From positions 64,001 through 128,000 of the forward strand of contig CAWGPD010000003.1 of assembly GCA_963824385.1 (NCBI GenBank): a stretch of DNA of 64,000 nt, written 5' to 3'. Numbering within the stretch: position 1 is the stretch's first letter; every line of letters begins with the position of its first letter. The notes under the pieces are model-generated. The model saw only the letters and a list, made by a program, of their open reading frames with translations. It had not been told where the DNA came from and did not search any database. The stretch is from an uncultured Nitrososphaerota archaeon. Lineage in GTDB: Archaea > Thermoproteota > Nitrososphaeria > Nitrososphaerales > Nitrosopumilaceae. The translations under genes were made by a program, and so were the position numbers. This document shows positions 21,328 to 31,543 of the stretch, in pieces.

Positions 21328-22780
21328 TTATACGCCTATTTTTGCGTATGATTCATCCAAAATATGGTGTAAGGTTTTATGCCAAGCATCAAAACCATCT
21401 GGTTTCTTGGGGAAGTTGTAATAATGTTCTGTTAATGCTTTATTTTGTTGTGCAGTGAATCTAAGTCCATCTGCAAGAGTTTTGTTGAGTGCACCTCTTA
21501 TCATCATGCCTAAGCTTTCCAACAGTTCCAAAGTCTGGGTGCTCTCCTTTGCTAATTGCTTCCACGTCTAATTTTGATAAAAAGTGCTTCATTCCATAGT
21601 TTATCTGTTCATTTGTTAGAGTCTGGAGTAAACGTCTGAAAATCTCAAGACCTGCTGTTTTGTATCCATAATCATTAATAAAATCAATATTGTATTGCCA
21701 AAGACCTGCTTCGCTAACATCTCCTGCTTCAATTGCATTTACTGCATTTTTACCTAAGATAGTTGCTGCAACTATCGCTGGACCAATTCCTCCAGCATCA
21801 AGTGGTTTTGGCATCCATGCAGAATCACCAACAAGCATGTATCCATTTGTAACCAAACAATCATTTTGTCTTCTCACAGAAACTTGCCAATTACCTGTTA
21901 CATTATTGGAATCCATTGAATCGTCTGATAATTTTGGATTTATTATGGCCTTGTTCATCTTGACATAATCATTAATTAATTTAGTGACGTCATCATGTGT
22001 TCCTAATCTTTGGTTTCTTTTTATCAACTCTTTTTGTTGAACGCCCAATCCAATGTTTACCTTGTTTTTTCCTTTTGGAAATACCCATCCATATCCTCCA
22101 GGAGCTATATCTTGATCAAGATGAATTATACAATAATCTGGATCAAACTCTTTCTTGTCATCTACACCTTGATCAAATTTCATAATATGTCGTCCTGTTG
22201 ATTCTAAATCATCACGGTCAATTTTTCGCTCTATCTTGTTGCTTATGGTAAGACCGTTTCTTAACATCGAAGTAACACCAGTGGCATCAACTACAATTTT
22301 TGCAGTTTTTTTGAATGGCTCTTTTGTAAGTAGATTTGTTCCTTCTACTCCAACAACTGCACCGTTTTCATATGTTAAACCCCTTAATGCAACAGAATAT
22401 TGGATGTTAATTCCTGCTTTTTTTGCATCACGAAGCTGACGTTGGGGAAGCTGTTGTCTGTTTAACATGTATCCATCGCCATCAAAAGGAATTGATGTCT
22501 CTCTATCAGGGGAAAATGCCATCACTCCCTTTACGGGATGCTCAATCTCTGGGTTACCCCATGCAATCTTGATTCTCTCAGTCATGTAATCTACAGTATT
22601 TTTTCCAACGGCATCACCACAAACCCATCCATTGAGTGTCTTCATGCCAATGGTAATCTCGGGATTTCTATCTATTACAAGAATTGATAATTTTTGTTTT
22701 GAATAATACGCAGCAGATTGAGCAGCAATCATTCCTGCAAGACCTCCACCTGCTACAATGATATCATAATCTGTTTTCAC
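21328..22780 (-). CDS. Geranylgeranyl (DGGGPL) reductase family (frameshift near 21511)
   Basis: GGGLAG FAD motif, VCGDA, GYGWVFPK, GDSA...PLDAGG. Confidence 0.88.
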
Positions 22781-22842
22781 AGCGAAAAAACAGGATCCAC
22801 TCTATTTAAAAGAACCGTATGGAAATAGATCAAAAGGATTTT

Positions 22843-22915
22843 GGGTCGGTTCGTCGCGGCTTCTTCACAGCAGATGCTCAGACTGGAGCGGCAAAAATAT
22901 TACCTCATTCCCTTT
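22843..22915 (-). ncRNA. Box C/D guide sRNA (23S P-loop and H89)
   Basis: GGG-A-ATGAGG (degenerate C)...GCCGCTCCAGT-CTGA (D')...GTGAAGA (C')-AGCCGCGACGAA-CCGA (D)-CCC; upstream TATA-like TTTAATAATA. Confidence 0.75.
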
Positions 22916-22964
22916 TCTCTAGGGTTGACAAATATTATTAAACTATGCTAGGCGCTGATTTTAT

Positions 22965-23387
22965 TCAAACTGTGAGTAACTCTATGTATTTTTTTGAAAT
23001 TTCATCTTTTTTGTAGATTGGCATTTTTACCTTGATTTTTATTGCATTATTTTGTTGTAAACTAATTTCTTTATTTACAAGTTCATTCTTGCCTATCCTT
23101 AAGAAAAGTGTAGTATCTTCAAAATACAAATCTATGTTTTCTATTAGATCTTTCATCTGAGTCTTTGATATTTTGGACGCTAATTTTTTAACAAATTCTT
23201 CTCCACGTTTTTTTGATAGTGTTATCTTGGCAAGCAATATTGGATTTCCATAATGACCAAGAGTTTGTTCTATGGTAAATTCATCTTCTTTTATTTGAAA
23301 CAAGTCAAAGATGGGCTCAAAGATTTTTTTATTATCCTCTGTTGCATGTAAGATTAATTCAGCTTCTACTTCGAACTGATGTGTCAT
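22965..23387 (-). CDS. DUF54-type RNA-binding protein
   Basis: LHATED, GHYGNPI, LFLRIGK. Confidence 0.82.
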   Translation of the reverse strand: MTHQFEVEAELILHATEDNKKIFEPIFDLFQIKEDEFTIEQTLGHYGNPILLAKITLSKKRGEEFVKKLASKISKTQMKDLIENIDLYFEDTTLFLRIGKNELVNKEISLQQNNAIKIKVKMPIYKKDEISKKYIELLTV

Positions 23388-23421
23388 GTTATGTAATACC
23401 TGAAGAATAGGCTAATATCTA

Positions 23422-24036
23422 TTAGGCTTGTAACAGGGCAATCTCGCCCTCTGCAGTCCTGATGAGCTTTGCCTTTTCAATTCCTACGTGTCTTACGTGA
23501 ACTATCTTCTTGACAGCTGCCATGATATCAGAATTAATCTTTCCAAATACTGTAGCCTGGATGAACTGATCTATTGACATTTCTGGTATAGTCTTTGTCA
23601 TTACTTCCTGTGCCACCATTCTGATTGCATGCTTTCTTGACGTGTTCAACTTCTTCTGGGTCAAGGCAACTATCTTTATTCTAAAAATGTAACCATCCTT
23701 TGTCTTAAAATCTGCAATAAAACTAATCAATGAGGAACCGCGTCTTACTAAACTTCTAAGAAATTCCTTTGCATACTCAAATCTCTTGAAAATTGTAGTT
23801 GCTTTTTCACCATCTATTTTGTCAATCTGGAAATACAATTTGAACTGGTGTTGGGAAGGATCTCCTTTTAGTATATCGTGTAATGTGCATTCTATTACTC
23901 TGCCAACTGCACCCTTTTCATCAGTAATTGGAATGTAAGCAATTGGTTTTTTGTCAAACGAAGCAGGAAGTAATACTGTTACCCACTTTTTCTCTCTCCA
24001 CTTGTCTTTTACTCTTGATGTCTTTTGACGAGCCAA
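23422..24036 (-). CDS. rps3ae: 30S ribosomal protein S3Ae
   Basis: KDKWREKKW, RSLVRRGSS, TKDGY. Confidence 0.95.
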   Translation of the reverse strand: MARQKTSRVKDKWREKKWVTVLLPASFDKKPIAYIPITDEKGAVGRVIECTLHDILKGDPSQHQFKLYFQIDKIDGEKATTIFKRFEYAKEFLRSLVRRGSSLISFIADFKTKDGYIFRIKIVALTQKKLNTSRKHAIRMVAQEVMTKTIPEMSIDQFIQATVFGKINSDIMAAVKKIVHVRHVGIEKAKLIRTAEGEIALLQA

Positions 24037-24079
24037 CTATGATGAACTTCTGAGGCCAAAATATAAGTTGTACGACATT

Positions 24080-25343
24080 TTAGATTAGATTAGAGCCTAC
24101 GTATTTTTCTAATACCTTTGGAACTGTAATATGTCCATCTTTTGTCTGGAAATTTTCTATTATTGCAACCATAGTTCGAGTGGTTGCTACCAGTGTGCTA
24201 TTCAAGGAATGGAGATATTGTGGTTGTTCATCTGTTCTATCTCTAAATCTTATTTTTAATCTTCTTGCTTGAAAATCAAGACAATTTGAACAAGATACAA
24301 TTTCTCTATAGCTCTTCTGTCCTGCCATCCATGCTTCCAAGTCATATGTCTTGGCAGAGATCTTGCCCAAATCTCCACTTGATAATAACATGATTCTGTA
24401 CGGGATGCCAATTTTTTGATAAAATTCTTCTGCTATTGCAAGCATTTTTTCATGTTCCTTCCATGAATCCTCAGGTCTTGTAAAGACAAACTGTTCTACT
24501 TTTTCAAATTGATGTACTCGAAATATTCCCTTTTGGTCTCTACCATGAGCTCCTGCTTCTTTTCTAAAACATGTACTTACTCCTGCATATCTTAGCGGTA
24601 ATTTTTTACCATCAATAATCTCATCTGAATGCATTGATGCTACTGCATGCTCACTTGTTCCAATGAGGTAAAGATCTTCAGACTCTATCTTGTAAATCAC
24701 ATCTTCAAAATCTTGGGCAATTATAGCCCCTTCCATTGCATTTCTATTTATCAAAAATGGCGTTTGGATGGGTGTGTAACTTTTCTCAGTCAAAAAATCA
24801 AGTGCATATTGCAGTAACGCTTGATTTAACCTAACAAGTTGATTTTTGAGAAAGTAAAATCTTGCTCCTGAGACCTTGGCGGCTCTTTCCAAATCCACAA
24901 GGTCAAGATTCTGTGTCAAATCGATATGGTCTTTTATATCAAAATCAAAAGTAGGTATAGTACCCCATTTTTTTATCTCCTTGTTTGCAATGTCATCTTT
25001 TCCAATAGGAACTGATTCGTGGACCATATTGGGTAGTGTTAAAGAAAGTTTTGTGAAATTATCTTCTACCTTTATCTGAGTCTCTTCTAATCTACGGAGA
25101 TCCTCCGAAACTGTTTGCATTTGCCCAATGAGGACAGATGCATCTTCATTTGATTTTTTTTTCCTTGAAATTTCTAATGATACCTCGTTTCTTTTTTTCC
25201 TCAATTCATCAGTTTTTATAATTAGTTCTCTTCTTTCCTTGTCTAATGATATTAATTCATCAAGAGGAAATTTGACAGACTCTTGCTTCCAACATGGATT
25301 TTATTTTCTCTGGATTCTCTCGAAGAAGTTTTGGGTCAAGCAT
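24080..25343 (-). CDS. serS: Seryl-tRNA synthetase (1-nt insertion near 25278)
   Basis: True start MLDPKLLRENPEKI at 25343; FRKEAG, GIFRVHQFEKVE, EIVSCSNC, LNST. Confidence 0.95.
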
Positions 25344-25585
25344 CAACTAGTCACTTTGAGTATAACTTGGGTTTGTTCAAGAACTTCATCAATAGTAGAA
25401 ATCAAGGTTCGTATATTTCCTTTACCCTCAAATGTGAAAACTAGAGAGGCGTCTTTTTTTTCTATCTTAAAAGAAAGATTTTCTGGAAAATCTACATTAT
25501 CAGGCTCCAAAGACTTTCTTATGGAATCTATCCTTTTTTCTGAAAGGTTATTCAGAAACACTTCAACTTTACATTCTAGTGACAT
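25343..25585 (-). CDS. pcc1: KEOPS subunit Pcc1
   Basis: 80 aa with SLEPDN; conserved position between the DHH gene and serS. Confidence 0.75.
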   Translation of the reverse strand: MSLECKVEVFLNNLSEKRIDSIRKSLEPDNVDFPENLSFKIEKKDASLVFTFEGKGNIRTLISTIDEVLEQTQVILKVTS

Positions 25586-26966
25586 TTTTTTCCAGATGAT
25601 CTAAAAATTCATCCAATTTGTCTTTTGTAATTCTTGCTCCTGCGGCTGCTGCGTGACCTCCTCCTACACCTGATACCTTTGCAGCGCATTCTCGCATTAA
25701 TAATCCCAAATTTACTTCAGATTTGCAACCAGTAGATTTGCGTGAAGAGAACTTGATCGTGCCTTCATCACCATTTGTTCGAAGTATGATTATTTTTCCA
25801 GTGTTTTTCTGTGATCCGCCAAGAAGTGACGATACTGCACCTGTCATATTCTCTGGCACAAGACCTTCGCCATTGACCATCAAGTATGAACCGTTATCAG
25901 TAATTCTCCATCTTTCACTGGAAAGTGTATTCATGTAAGTTCTCAAGAATGTTCTATATTCCACCAAAATGTTCTCACCCTCTTCTAACATCTTGGTCCT
26001 GTCTCCCATACAGATCGCAACACCTACTCCAGTTTTTCGAATTCTGCCACAAGAGTTTAACATTGTTGAAAACTCTCTTGCATCCCGAAGAAAACTTCGC
26101 TTATCTTCACCAGATAACGTGTATGTGTATCCAACTAGCTCATCAAGTATGTCACTTGCATTTTTTGTAGAGATGTATTTTGATATGGTCTGAAGTAAAG
26201 TTCTTTTTTCATCCTCTGTAAGTTCCGCAGGAACTCTCCATCTACTACCATCCTTTAATTTTATTCCTGACGAATTTAACAGTGAAAGACAGGCATCTCT
26301 ATTCCATGTTAAACCCTCTATGAAAGGCTGAGAAGTAAATGCAAGTGCGTCTGGGAGAGGTCTTGTCTCTCTTCCAACTAGTAAAATATCTAAATCAATT
26401 TCAACTTGATTGTTCTTTTTTGCAGTAGCTGCAATTTCTAAATTTAGTCCTGTAAAAGATTTCTTTTCGCCTTGGTCTTGCCTGTCCCCTAATGCTGCAA
26501 CAACTGCAATCCATGCCAAATCTGTGTTCTCTTTGTGAAGCGCTTTTGATACAAGATATGCCATACCTCCTGCAGACACATCCTTGCCGCCATCCACATC
26601 ATACTTCCAAGCATTGATGACTTTTTGATTATCAAATTCTTCTTGTGGTATTTGGTGATGATCAACTACTATCCACTCCTCGCCTAGGGCATTGTCAATA
26701 TCCTTTGCAAATCCTCCGCCAAGATCAGTAACTATATGAAATTGTCTTGAATCGCTTTTCATTTTTTCAAGAATGTTTTTACTAAATTCATTAACTGTGC
26801 GGACAGTACACTTGGCACCTGCCCTAATCAATGATTTTGTTACAATACTGCCAGAAGTTATGCCATCACAATCAAGATGAGTGATAACTGAAATGTTTTT
26901 TCCTGTTTTGATACAATCAGAAACTCTGTCATGAAAATAAGATAATGCTTGGTCTAACTTTGCCAT
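25569..26966 (-). CDS. RecJ-like DHH/DHHA1 phosphoesterase
   Basis: HLDCDG, DLG, VDHH, GGGHAAAAG. Confidence 0.9.
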   Translation of the reverse strand: MAKLDQALSYFHDRVSDCIKTGKNISVITHLDCDGITSGSIVTKSLIRAGAKCTVRTVNEFSKNILEKMKSDSRQFHIVTDLGGGFAKDIDNALGEEWIVVDHHQIPQEEFDNQKVINAWKYDVDGGKDVSAGGMAYLVSKALHKENTDLAWIAVVAALGDRQDQGEKKSFTGLNLEIAATAKKNNQVEIDLDILLVGRETRPLPDALAFTSQPFIEGLTWNRDACLSLLNSSGIKLKDGSRWRVPAELTEDEKRTLLQTISKYISTKNASDILDELVGYTYTLSGEDKRSFLRDAREFSTMLNSCGRIRKTGVGVAICMGDRTKMLEEGENILVEYRTFLRTYMNTLSSERWRITDNGSYLMVNGEGLVPENMTGAVSSLLGGSQKNTGKIIILRTNGDEGTIKFSSRKSTGCKSEVNLGLLMRECAAKVSGVGGGHAAAAGARITKDKLDEFLDHLEKNVTRM

Positions 26967-27415
26967 TATTCGAGTTGAGCAATGACTGCCTTATATTTCC
27001 AAGTTTTAGGAATTTTGCCCATTTTCTTGTAATATGAAGAAAGTCTATGGACCTTTGCCTCTAAGAGCTCAAGTGATCTGACATTTCTTTTATCTGATCT
27101 ATGTTCTTTCAAATGTTTTTGAAGACCCAGTGCCTTTGTTACTAGATTATTAAGATCTTCAGGCATGTCTGTTTTTACTCCCTTCTCTTCAAGAATCTCT
27201 GTAATTGACTTTTTGACAAGTTGTCTTGTGATCGGTATTGCGTATTGATCACGTAGTTTTATTCCGATCTTGCTTGGGGTGAGACCTTCTTTTGCATATT
27301 TTACAACCAGTTCCTCGATCTCTGCCGGACTTTGTTTTACCCATGTAGGTGCACTAGGAGTGATCGGTCTTGTTGAATGTGACTTGCCATGTCGGTGTGA
27401 ATGAAGTCGTCCCAC
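26966..27415 (-). CDS. rps15: 30S ribosomal protein S15/S13e
   Basis: GKSHSTRP, IGIKLRDQY, PEDL..L, KVHRLSSYYK. Confidence 0.96.
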   Translation of the reverse strand: MGRLHSHRHGKSHSTRPITPSAPTWVKQSPAEIEELVVKYAKEGLTPSKIGIKLRDQYAIPITRQLVKKSITEILEEKGVKTDMPEDLNNLVTKALGLQKHLKEHRSDKRNVRSLELLEAKVHRLSSYYKKMGKIPKTWKYKAVIAQLE

Positions 27416-27522
27416 GAAGCGCTTGTTTTTTAACGAAACATAAATGTTACTTGGGTCTGCGCAAGCCTGATAATCACATAAAAGTTAAATATATACGGAA
27501 TAGAATCACAATAGGTATTCAT

Positions 27523-27828
27523 ATGAAAACACCAATAATTATTGGAACAGTACTCCTGGCTCTATTTGCAGTCTCGACGTTTGTTCCGTTTGCTGCGGCA
27601 CAATACGTGCCAGGCGGTGGAATCAACAGTCTAGAAGAAGATTTGAAACTCGCTCGAGCTAAAGTACAGGCAGTACAAGATAATCCGCACGCAGGTTCCG
27701 GTACTCCATACCTTGATGCAAACGGTGTAGTCGGTGCAACAATCATTTCAGGTGGAATATTCGGTGGAATCTTCATTGCATTTGTCGTAAAAGCAAAGCA
27801 AGCGGAAAAAGCAAAGAGATCTCAATAA
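27523..27828 (+). CDS. amoZ: Probable archaeal AMO subunit AmoZ
   Basis: Signal peptide (AAA|Q), helical segment, GSGTPY, C-terminal TM; adjacent to rps15; assignment is from recalled synteny/topology. Confidence 0.7.
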   Translation: MKTPIIIGTVLLALFAVSTFVPFAAAQYVPGGGINSLEEDLKLARAKVQAVQDNPHAGSGTPYLDANGVVGATIISGGIFGGIFIAFVVKAKQAEKAKRSQ

Positions 27829-27922
27829 TTCTTCTCTTTTTCTTATTTTATTAATTCATGAACAAATCTAATTTTGATCTCATTTTTTATGTGCTTACAG
27901 AAATGTATATATCGCACCTAAA

Positions 27923-28204
27923 GTGTTTTCAATTATGATGAGCACAATATTCACTATGCTCGTAGGTATACTGTCAAACTTTGCAGGTCAGATAGGTCCA
28001 AACTACGACCCGCTATTTTATGATGTGATGGTCTACATATTCGCAACCATCATGTTCTCAGTATTCCTTCTCGGAGTAATTGCATTCTGGCTCAGAGTGC
28101 ACGGTCTTGGTGGCGACACAAGAGAAAGATGGGTCGCAGAACTCAACAAGCACTTTGAAAGAGAAGGCATTGGTCTGATCCCAGACAACGGTAAATACTG
28201 GTAA
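27923..28204 (+). CDS. amoY: Probable archaeal AMO subunit AmoY
   Basis: Small TM protein directly after amoZ with own TATA and T-rich terminator; assignment from recalled synteny. Confidence 0.65.
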   Translation: MFSIMMSTIFTMLVGILSNFAGQIGPNYDPLFYDVMVYIFATIMFSVFLLGVIAFWLRVHGLGGDTRERWVAELNKHFEREGIGLIPDNGKYW

Positions 28205-28299
28205 ACTCCAAAACCTTTTTCCTTATTTTTAATTAATCTCTAAATTATATAATTTTGAATAAATTTTACTTGAAGTCTAGTTCTAATTTATTTTAAAGT

Positions 28300-28812
28300 C
28301 TAACTTGGAGGTGTAAAGGTTGGGGCTCCGGCGTTCTTTGTGACAAATTCTGCCCTGTAATGAGACCCATCATGAACTATGGCATGGATAAATTGAGATG
28401 ACTCTACACCATTTTCATATATTATTGATTTGGTCTCATCCATGTCTCGTAAAGGAAAACCTGACAACCATAGAAATTGCCCTACCTCAAATGGATATTC
28501 ACTTTGCCATGCACCAGTAATTGTTCCATCATCGGCAAAGACCATAGACCTTTGACAATTAGCTGGAATATCCGTAGTACTAATTGGCCTTATCCATTTT
28601 TTACCATCAACTAGAACTTCTAGCGTGGCAGATACATGATATTGGATATTCAATCCATTGAGACATTTATGATAAAGAGGATCTTGTAACTTTATCTGTG
28701 AAATGACTGTAGTACTAATCAATACGACTGCTACTCCTACAGCGGCTGAAATTGCAAGAAACTTGAGCGTTTTTTTACGTTTGGAAGGATCTCCCATTCC
28801 AGGCCAGAACAT
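28300..28812 (-). CDS. Membrane-anchored extracellular hypothetical protein
   Basis: Basic N-terminus plus TM helix; two Cys; YHVSATL.V.VDG. Confidence 0.75.
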   Translation of the reverse strand: MFWPGMGDPSKRKKTLKFLAISAAVGVAVVLISTTVISQIKLQDPLYHKCLNGLNIQYHVSATLEVLVDGKKWIRPISTTDIPANCQRSMVFADDGTITGAWQSEYPFEVGQFLWLSGFPLRDMDETKSIIYENGVESSQFIHAIVHDGSHYRAEFVTKNAGAPTFTPPS

Positions 28813-28886
28813 GACTTTGCTGCGGTTTCTGGAGTTATATAGATTGAGATATTTTTTATTAAATAATTAAAATATATAAAAGAAAT

Positions 28887-29234
28887 TTAGAGTGAGGATT
28901 CGCCGCGTTTTTTGGTTCCTACATCTACTGCATCTGCTACATCATAGATGAAGATCTTTCCTTCTCCAGCTTGACCAGTACCTGCATGAGAAGTTATTGC
29001 ATCTATTACTTTGTCCACCATACTGTCCTTTACAACTGTAATGATGATAGCATTCACATTGTGTGTAGCTTCTACACGTCCTCCTCTGCCCGATGAAACC
29101 ATTTCTCTTTTCCTTTGACCTCTGCCCTTGACATTAAAATACGTAAATCCTCCAATGTCAAGATCTACCAGAGCATAGAAGACGGAATCCAATTTTTCTT
29201 CTGGAATTACAGCCTCGATTTTTTTCATGGTCAT
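28887..29234 (-). CDS. glnB: PII nitrogen regulatory protein
   Basis: MKKIEAVI, VKGRG T-loop, TGQAGEGKIFI. Confidence 0.93.
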   Translation of the reverse strand: MTMKKIEAVIPEEKLDSVFYALVDLDIGGFTYFNVKGRGQRKREMVSSGRGGRVEATHNVNAIIITVVKDSMVDKVIDAITSHAGTGQAGEGKIFIYDVADAVDVGTKKRGESSL

Positions 29235-29301
29235 GATTCATTGCACATATGAAATGCTTTTATTAAAATCATTGCTTAAAATATTCCAAAATAAAGAATA
29301 T

Positions 29302-29346
29302 TATCATAAAATAACTATTTTAGGATAAAATACCTTTTATAGATGA
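29302..29346 (+). promoter_or_regulatory. Promoter with palindromic operator, copy 1 (Cas4-like gene / divergent PII)
   Basis: TATCATAAAA-N6-TTTTAGGATA, then TTTTATAG starting 31 nt before ATG 29366. Confidence 0.75.
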
Positions 29347-29365
29347 AATCCCTCTTTTCAAAAGA

Positions 29366-30115
29366 ATGACAGAATCCAAAGCTCACTACAAAAAAGCAAA
29401 GATAATTGGAAAAGTTCAAGACAAACTTAAGGAAGGAATTGAAAACTACCGTGCGGCATCTGATTCACCGCCTCGAGTAGATGTTTACGATGTCATTGAA
29501 CAAGTCTTTGCAGCACTTAATCCAAAAGTAGCTGATGAAGGAAAGATCTCAGTAGATGAGGTAAGCGGTTGTTTAAGATTTGCATACCTTGATCGAAAGG
29601 ATCCGTCTGAAAGCAATCACAAACAGATGGTGTCAAAGATAATGAAAAAGAGCGCATTTAGTATAATGGAAAAACCGCTTGATGGTCAACTCGATGCAGG
29701 TTCTAACGTAAAGATTGTCGGTAGAGCTGATAGAGTTGAAGATGAAGTGGTGATGCTCTTTAGAGGTTCAGAAAAATTACCTGAAATGCCATATCCGGCA
29801 GATTTCATACATCTGAACTCCTATCTATTCATGTTTGACAAACCAGAAGGAGTGATTGTCTACTTTGATAGGGAAGGAAATGAAATGGAATTCAACGTTC
29901 CAAAAAGTGAGAAACTCTTAAACGAAACAAAACGTAGAGCAAAAATTCTCAATACCTTGCTGACAAACAACATTGCTCCTGCAATCGAACCATCTGAGAA
30001 ATGCATGGAATGTCCTCACAATGAGAAATGTTACTATGCAAATGAAGACAAACAGAAATGGGGATTCTGGGCTCGTGGCAAGTGGCGTGAACTCAAATCA
30101 AAATCCATCCTATAA
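29366..30115 (+). CDS. Solo Cas4-like Fe-S protein with degenerate nuclease motifs
   Basis: SVDEVSGCLR plus CMECPHNEKC (4 Cys); GRAD retained; ExK appears as LFR and QxxxY as HLNSY. Confidence 0.8.
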   Translation: MTESKAHYKKAKIIGKVQDKLKEGIENYRAASDSPPRVDVYDVIEQVFAALNPKVADEGKISVDEVSGCLRFAYLDRKDPSESNHKQMVSKIMKKSAFSIMEKPLDGQLDAGSNVKIVGRADRVEDEVVMLFRGSEKLPEMPYPADFIHLNSYLFMFDKPEGVIVYFDREGNEMEFNVPKSEKLLNETKRRAKILNTLLTNNIAPAIEPSEKCMECPHNEKCYYANEDKQKWGFWARGKWRELKSKSIL

Positions 30116-30165
30116 TCACACACTTTTTTCATTTTAATTTTATTATTATCTAGAGATGATTCTAA

Positions 30166-30393
30166 TTATTTGAGAGATTCTGATTCTTCTGGATTTAGAA
30201 AAACGCGTGTCTTGAAGGGTTTTTCAGAATCTTTGTGAAAATAAAAAATCTTGATGCCATGCTCAAAAGGTTTGATTTCTATTTTATCAGATAATTGGAT
30301 GGAGCTATCTTCTTGTCTGAGATATTGGTATAATTCCTCTTCATCCATCTTCAGTATTTCGCTTATCCGCTTTCTTGTTCCCATGTTGATCAA
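30166..30393 (-). CDS. Hypothetical protein
   Basis: Plausible 72-75 aa ORF filling the gap. Confidence 0.6.
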   Translation of the reverse strand: MINMGTRKRISEILKMDEEELYQYLRQEDSSIQLSDKIEIKPFEHGIKIFYFHKDSEKPFKTRVFLNPEESESLK

Positions 30394-30470
30394 AATAATG
30401 TCAACTTATTTGACATCTTAACTTTTCTTATTGGAAATTTTTGCTTGCAATCTAATCATTAAATACAATC

Positions 30471-30962
30471 TTGCTTCTTGGAATTGACATGTCTGATTCA
30501 AAAATAGAGTGGTTTGAAGATCTTTTAGGCTTGGGGTATCATGTATTTGATGTACGTCCTACTGTATACCTGATATTTGATAATAAAAAAAAACTTGTTA
30601 CCGCCTGGAATCAGATAATAAAATACTGGCCAGACTATGAAATAAAAATGAGATTCTTTGAAGGAGATACTAACTATGAATTTATTCTGTATTGCCAATC
30701 TCGTATATTACAAAAAACAACTGTTTTCTTAAAATCGCTAAAACTATCGGATAACTATCAACAGTTTATGGAAGAATACAATGGGTCTGCATCATTGCAA
30801 GTTGCAAACTATTCTCCCAAGAATAAAAAATATGGGCTAGAGATATTCAAGTTCAAAAAGAAGGTAATTGACGTACAATTCCTAAAAAAAGAAGATACAG
30901 TTGATGATTTTGTCGTTTTACAGGCACTAAAAAGGCTCAGACAGACTCCTGAGAAAAAATAG
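30471..30962 (+). CDS. Hypothetical protein
   Basis: 163-aa ORF, no recognised motif. Confidence 0.65.
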   Translation: MLLGIDMSDSKIEWFEDLLGLGYHVFDVRPTVYLIFDNKKKLVTAWNQIIKYWPDYEIKMRFFEGDTNYEFILYCQSRILQKTTVFLKSLKLSDNYQQFMEEYNGSASLQVANYSPKNKKYGLEIFKFKKKVIDVQFLKKEDTVDDFVVLQALKRLRQTPEKK

Positions 30963-30971
30963 TTTAATGCC

Positions 30972-31463
30972 TTATGGTTTTTTTAATTTTGATGCTATCA
31001 AGCCTATCCAAAGACTCCAGTCCAAATTTTTAAAAACAAGAGGTTGACGAGAAGGATAATTTGTAACCGTTTTAGAAATTCCAAAATCATATTTTTTCTC
31101 TTTTCCTTTTTCTGTAAATGTGATTCGTAAGAAATCTACATTTCTTGCTGTTATGCTTTTAACATCTGTTATGGAATTTAATGGCATTATCCAGGATTTT
31201 GGATTCTCAGTCAAATCTTCGTCAAGATCTGATTCGTTGTAATCTGACATCTTTCCTATACTTGCCTTGTCATCTTCAAAATATCTCACCTTTTCTTTTC
31301 CAGTTATCCATATGTATCGTGGAACAAAAATTACTTTTTTATTTGTAAGAACTAGAACACCTTCTTTATTTTTATGAAAGAAACCGCTTAACCCTAATGC
31401 TATTCCCCAAATCTGAGGAAGTGATGCAATAATGTACTCTTCTTCTTCAAGATTTTTTCTCAT
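30972..31463 (-). CDS. Hypothetical protein, possible PH-like fold
   Basis: GVLVLTNKKVIF and MPLNSITDV segments. Confidence 0.6.
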   Translation of the reverse strand: MRKNLEEEEYIIASLPQIWGIALGLSGFFHKNKEGVLVLTNKKVIFVPRYIWITGKEKVRYFEDDKASIGKMSDYNESDLDEDLTENPKSWIMPLNSITDVKSITARNVDFLRITFTEKGKEKKYDFGISKTVTNYPSRQPLVFKNLDWSLWIGLIASKLKKP

Positions 31464-31543
31464 AATTTGTTTAGCAACTTTTGTGAATAAATCAATCTAT
31501 CTAATCGTGGTGATTATACAAAAATGTGGTAGAGGGTTCTGCT

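Noticed and set aside
27370..27522. 152-aa version of amoZ
   Set aside because: Overlaps the rps15 start and the TATA region; the signal peptide begins at ATG 27523.
29366..30115. CRISPR-Cas locus
   Set aside because: No repeat-spacer array or other cas genes seen in the window; the Cas4-like gene is solo.
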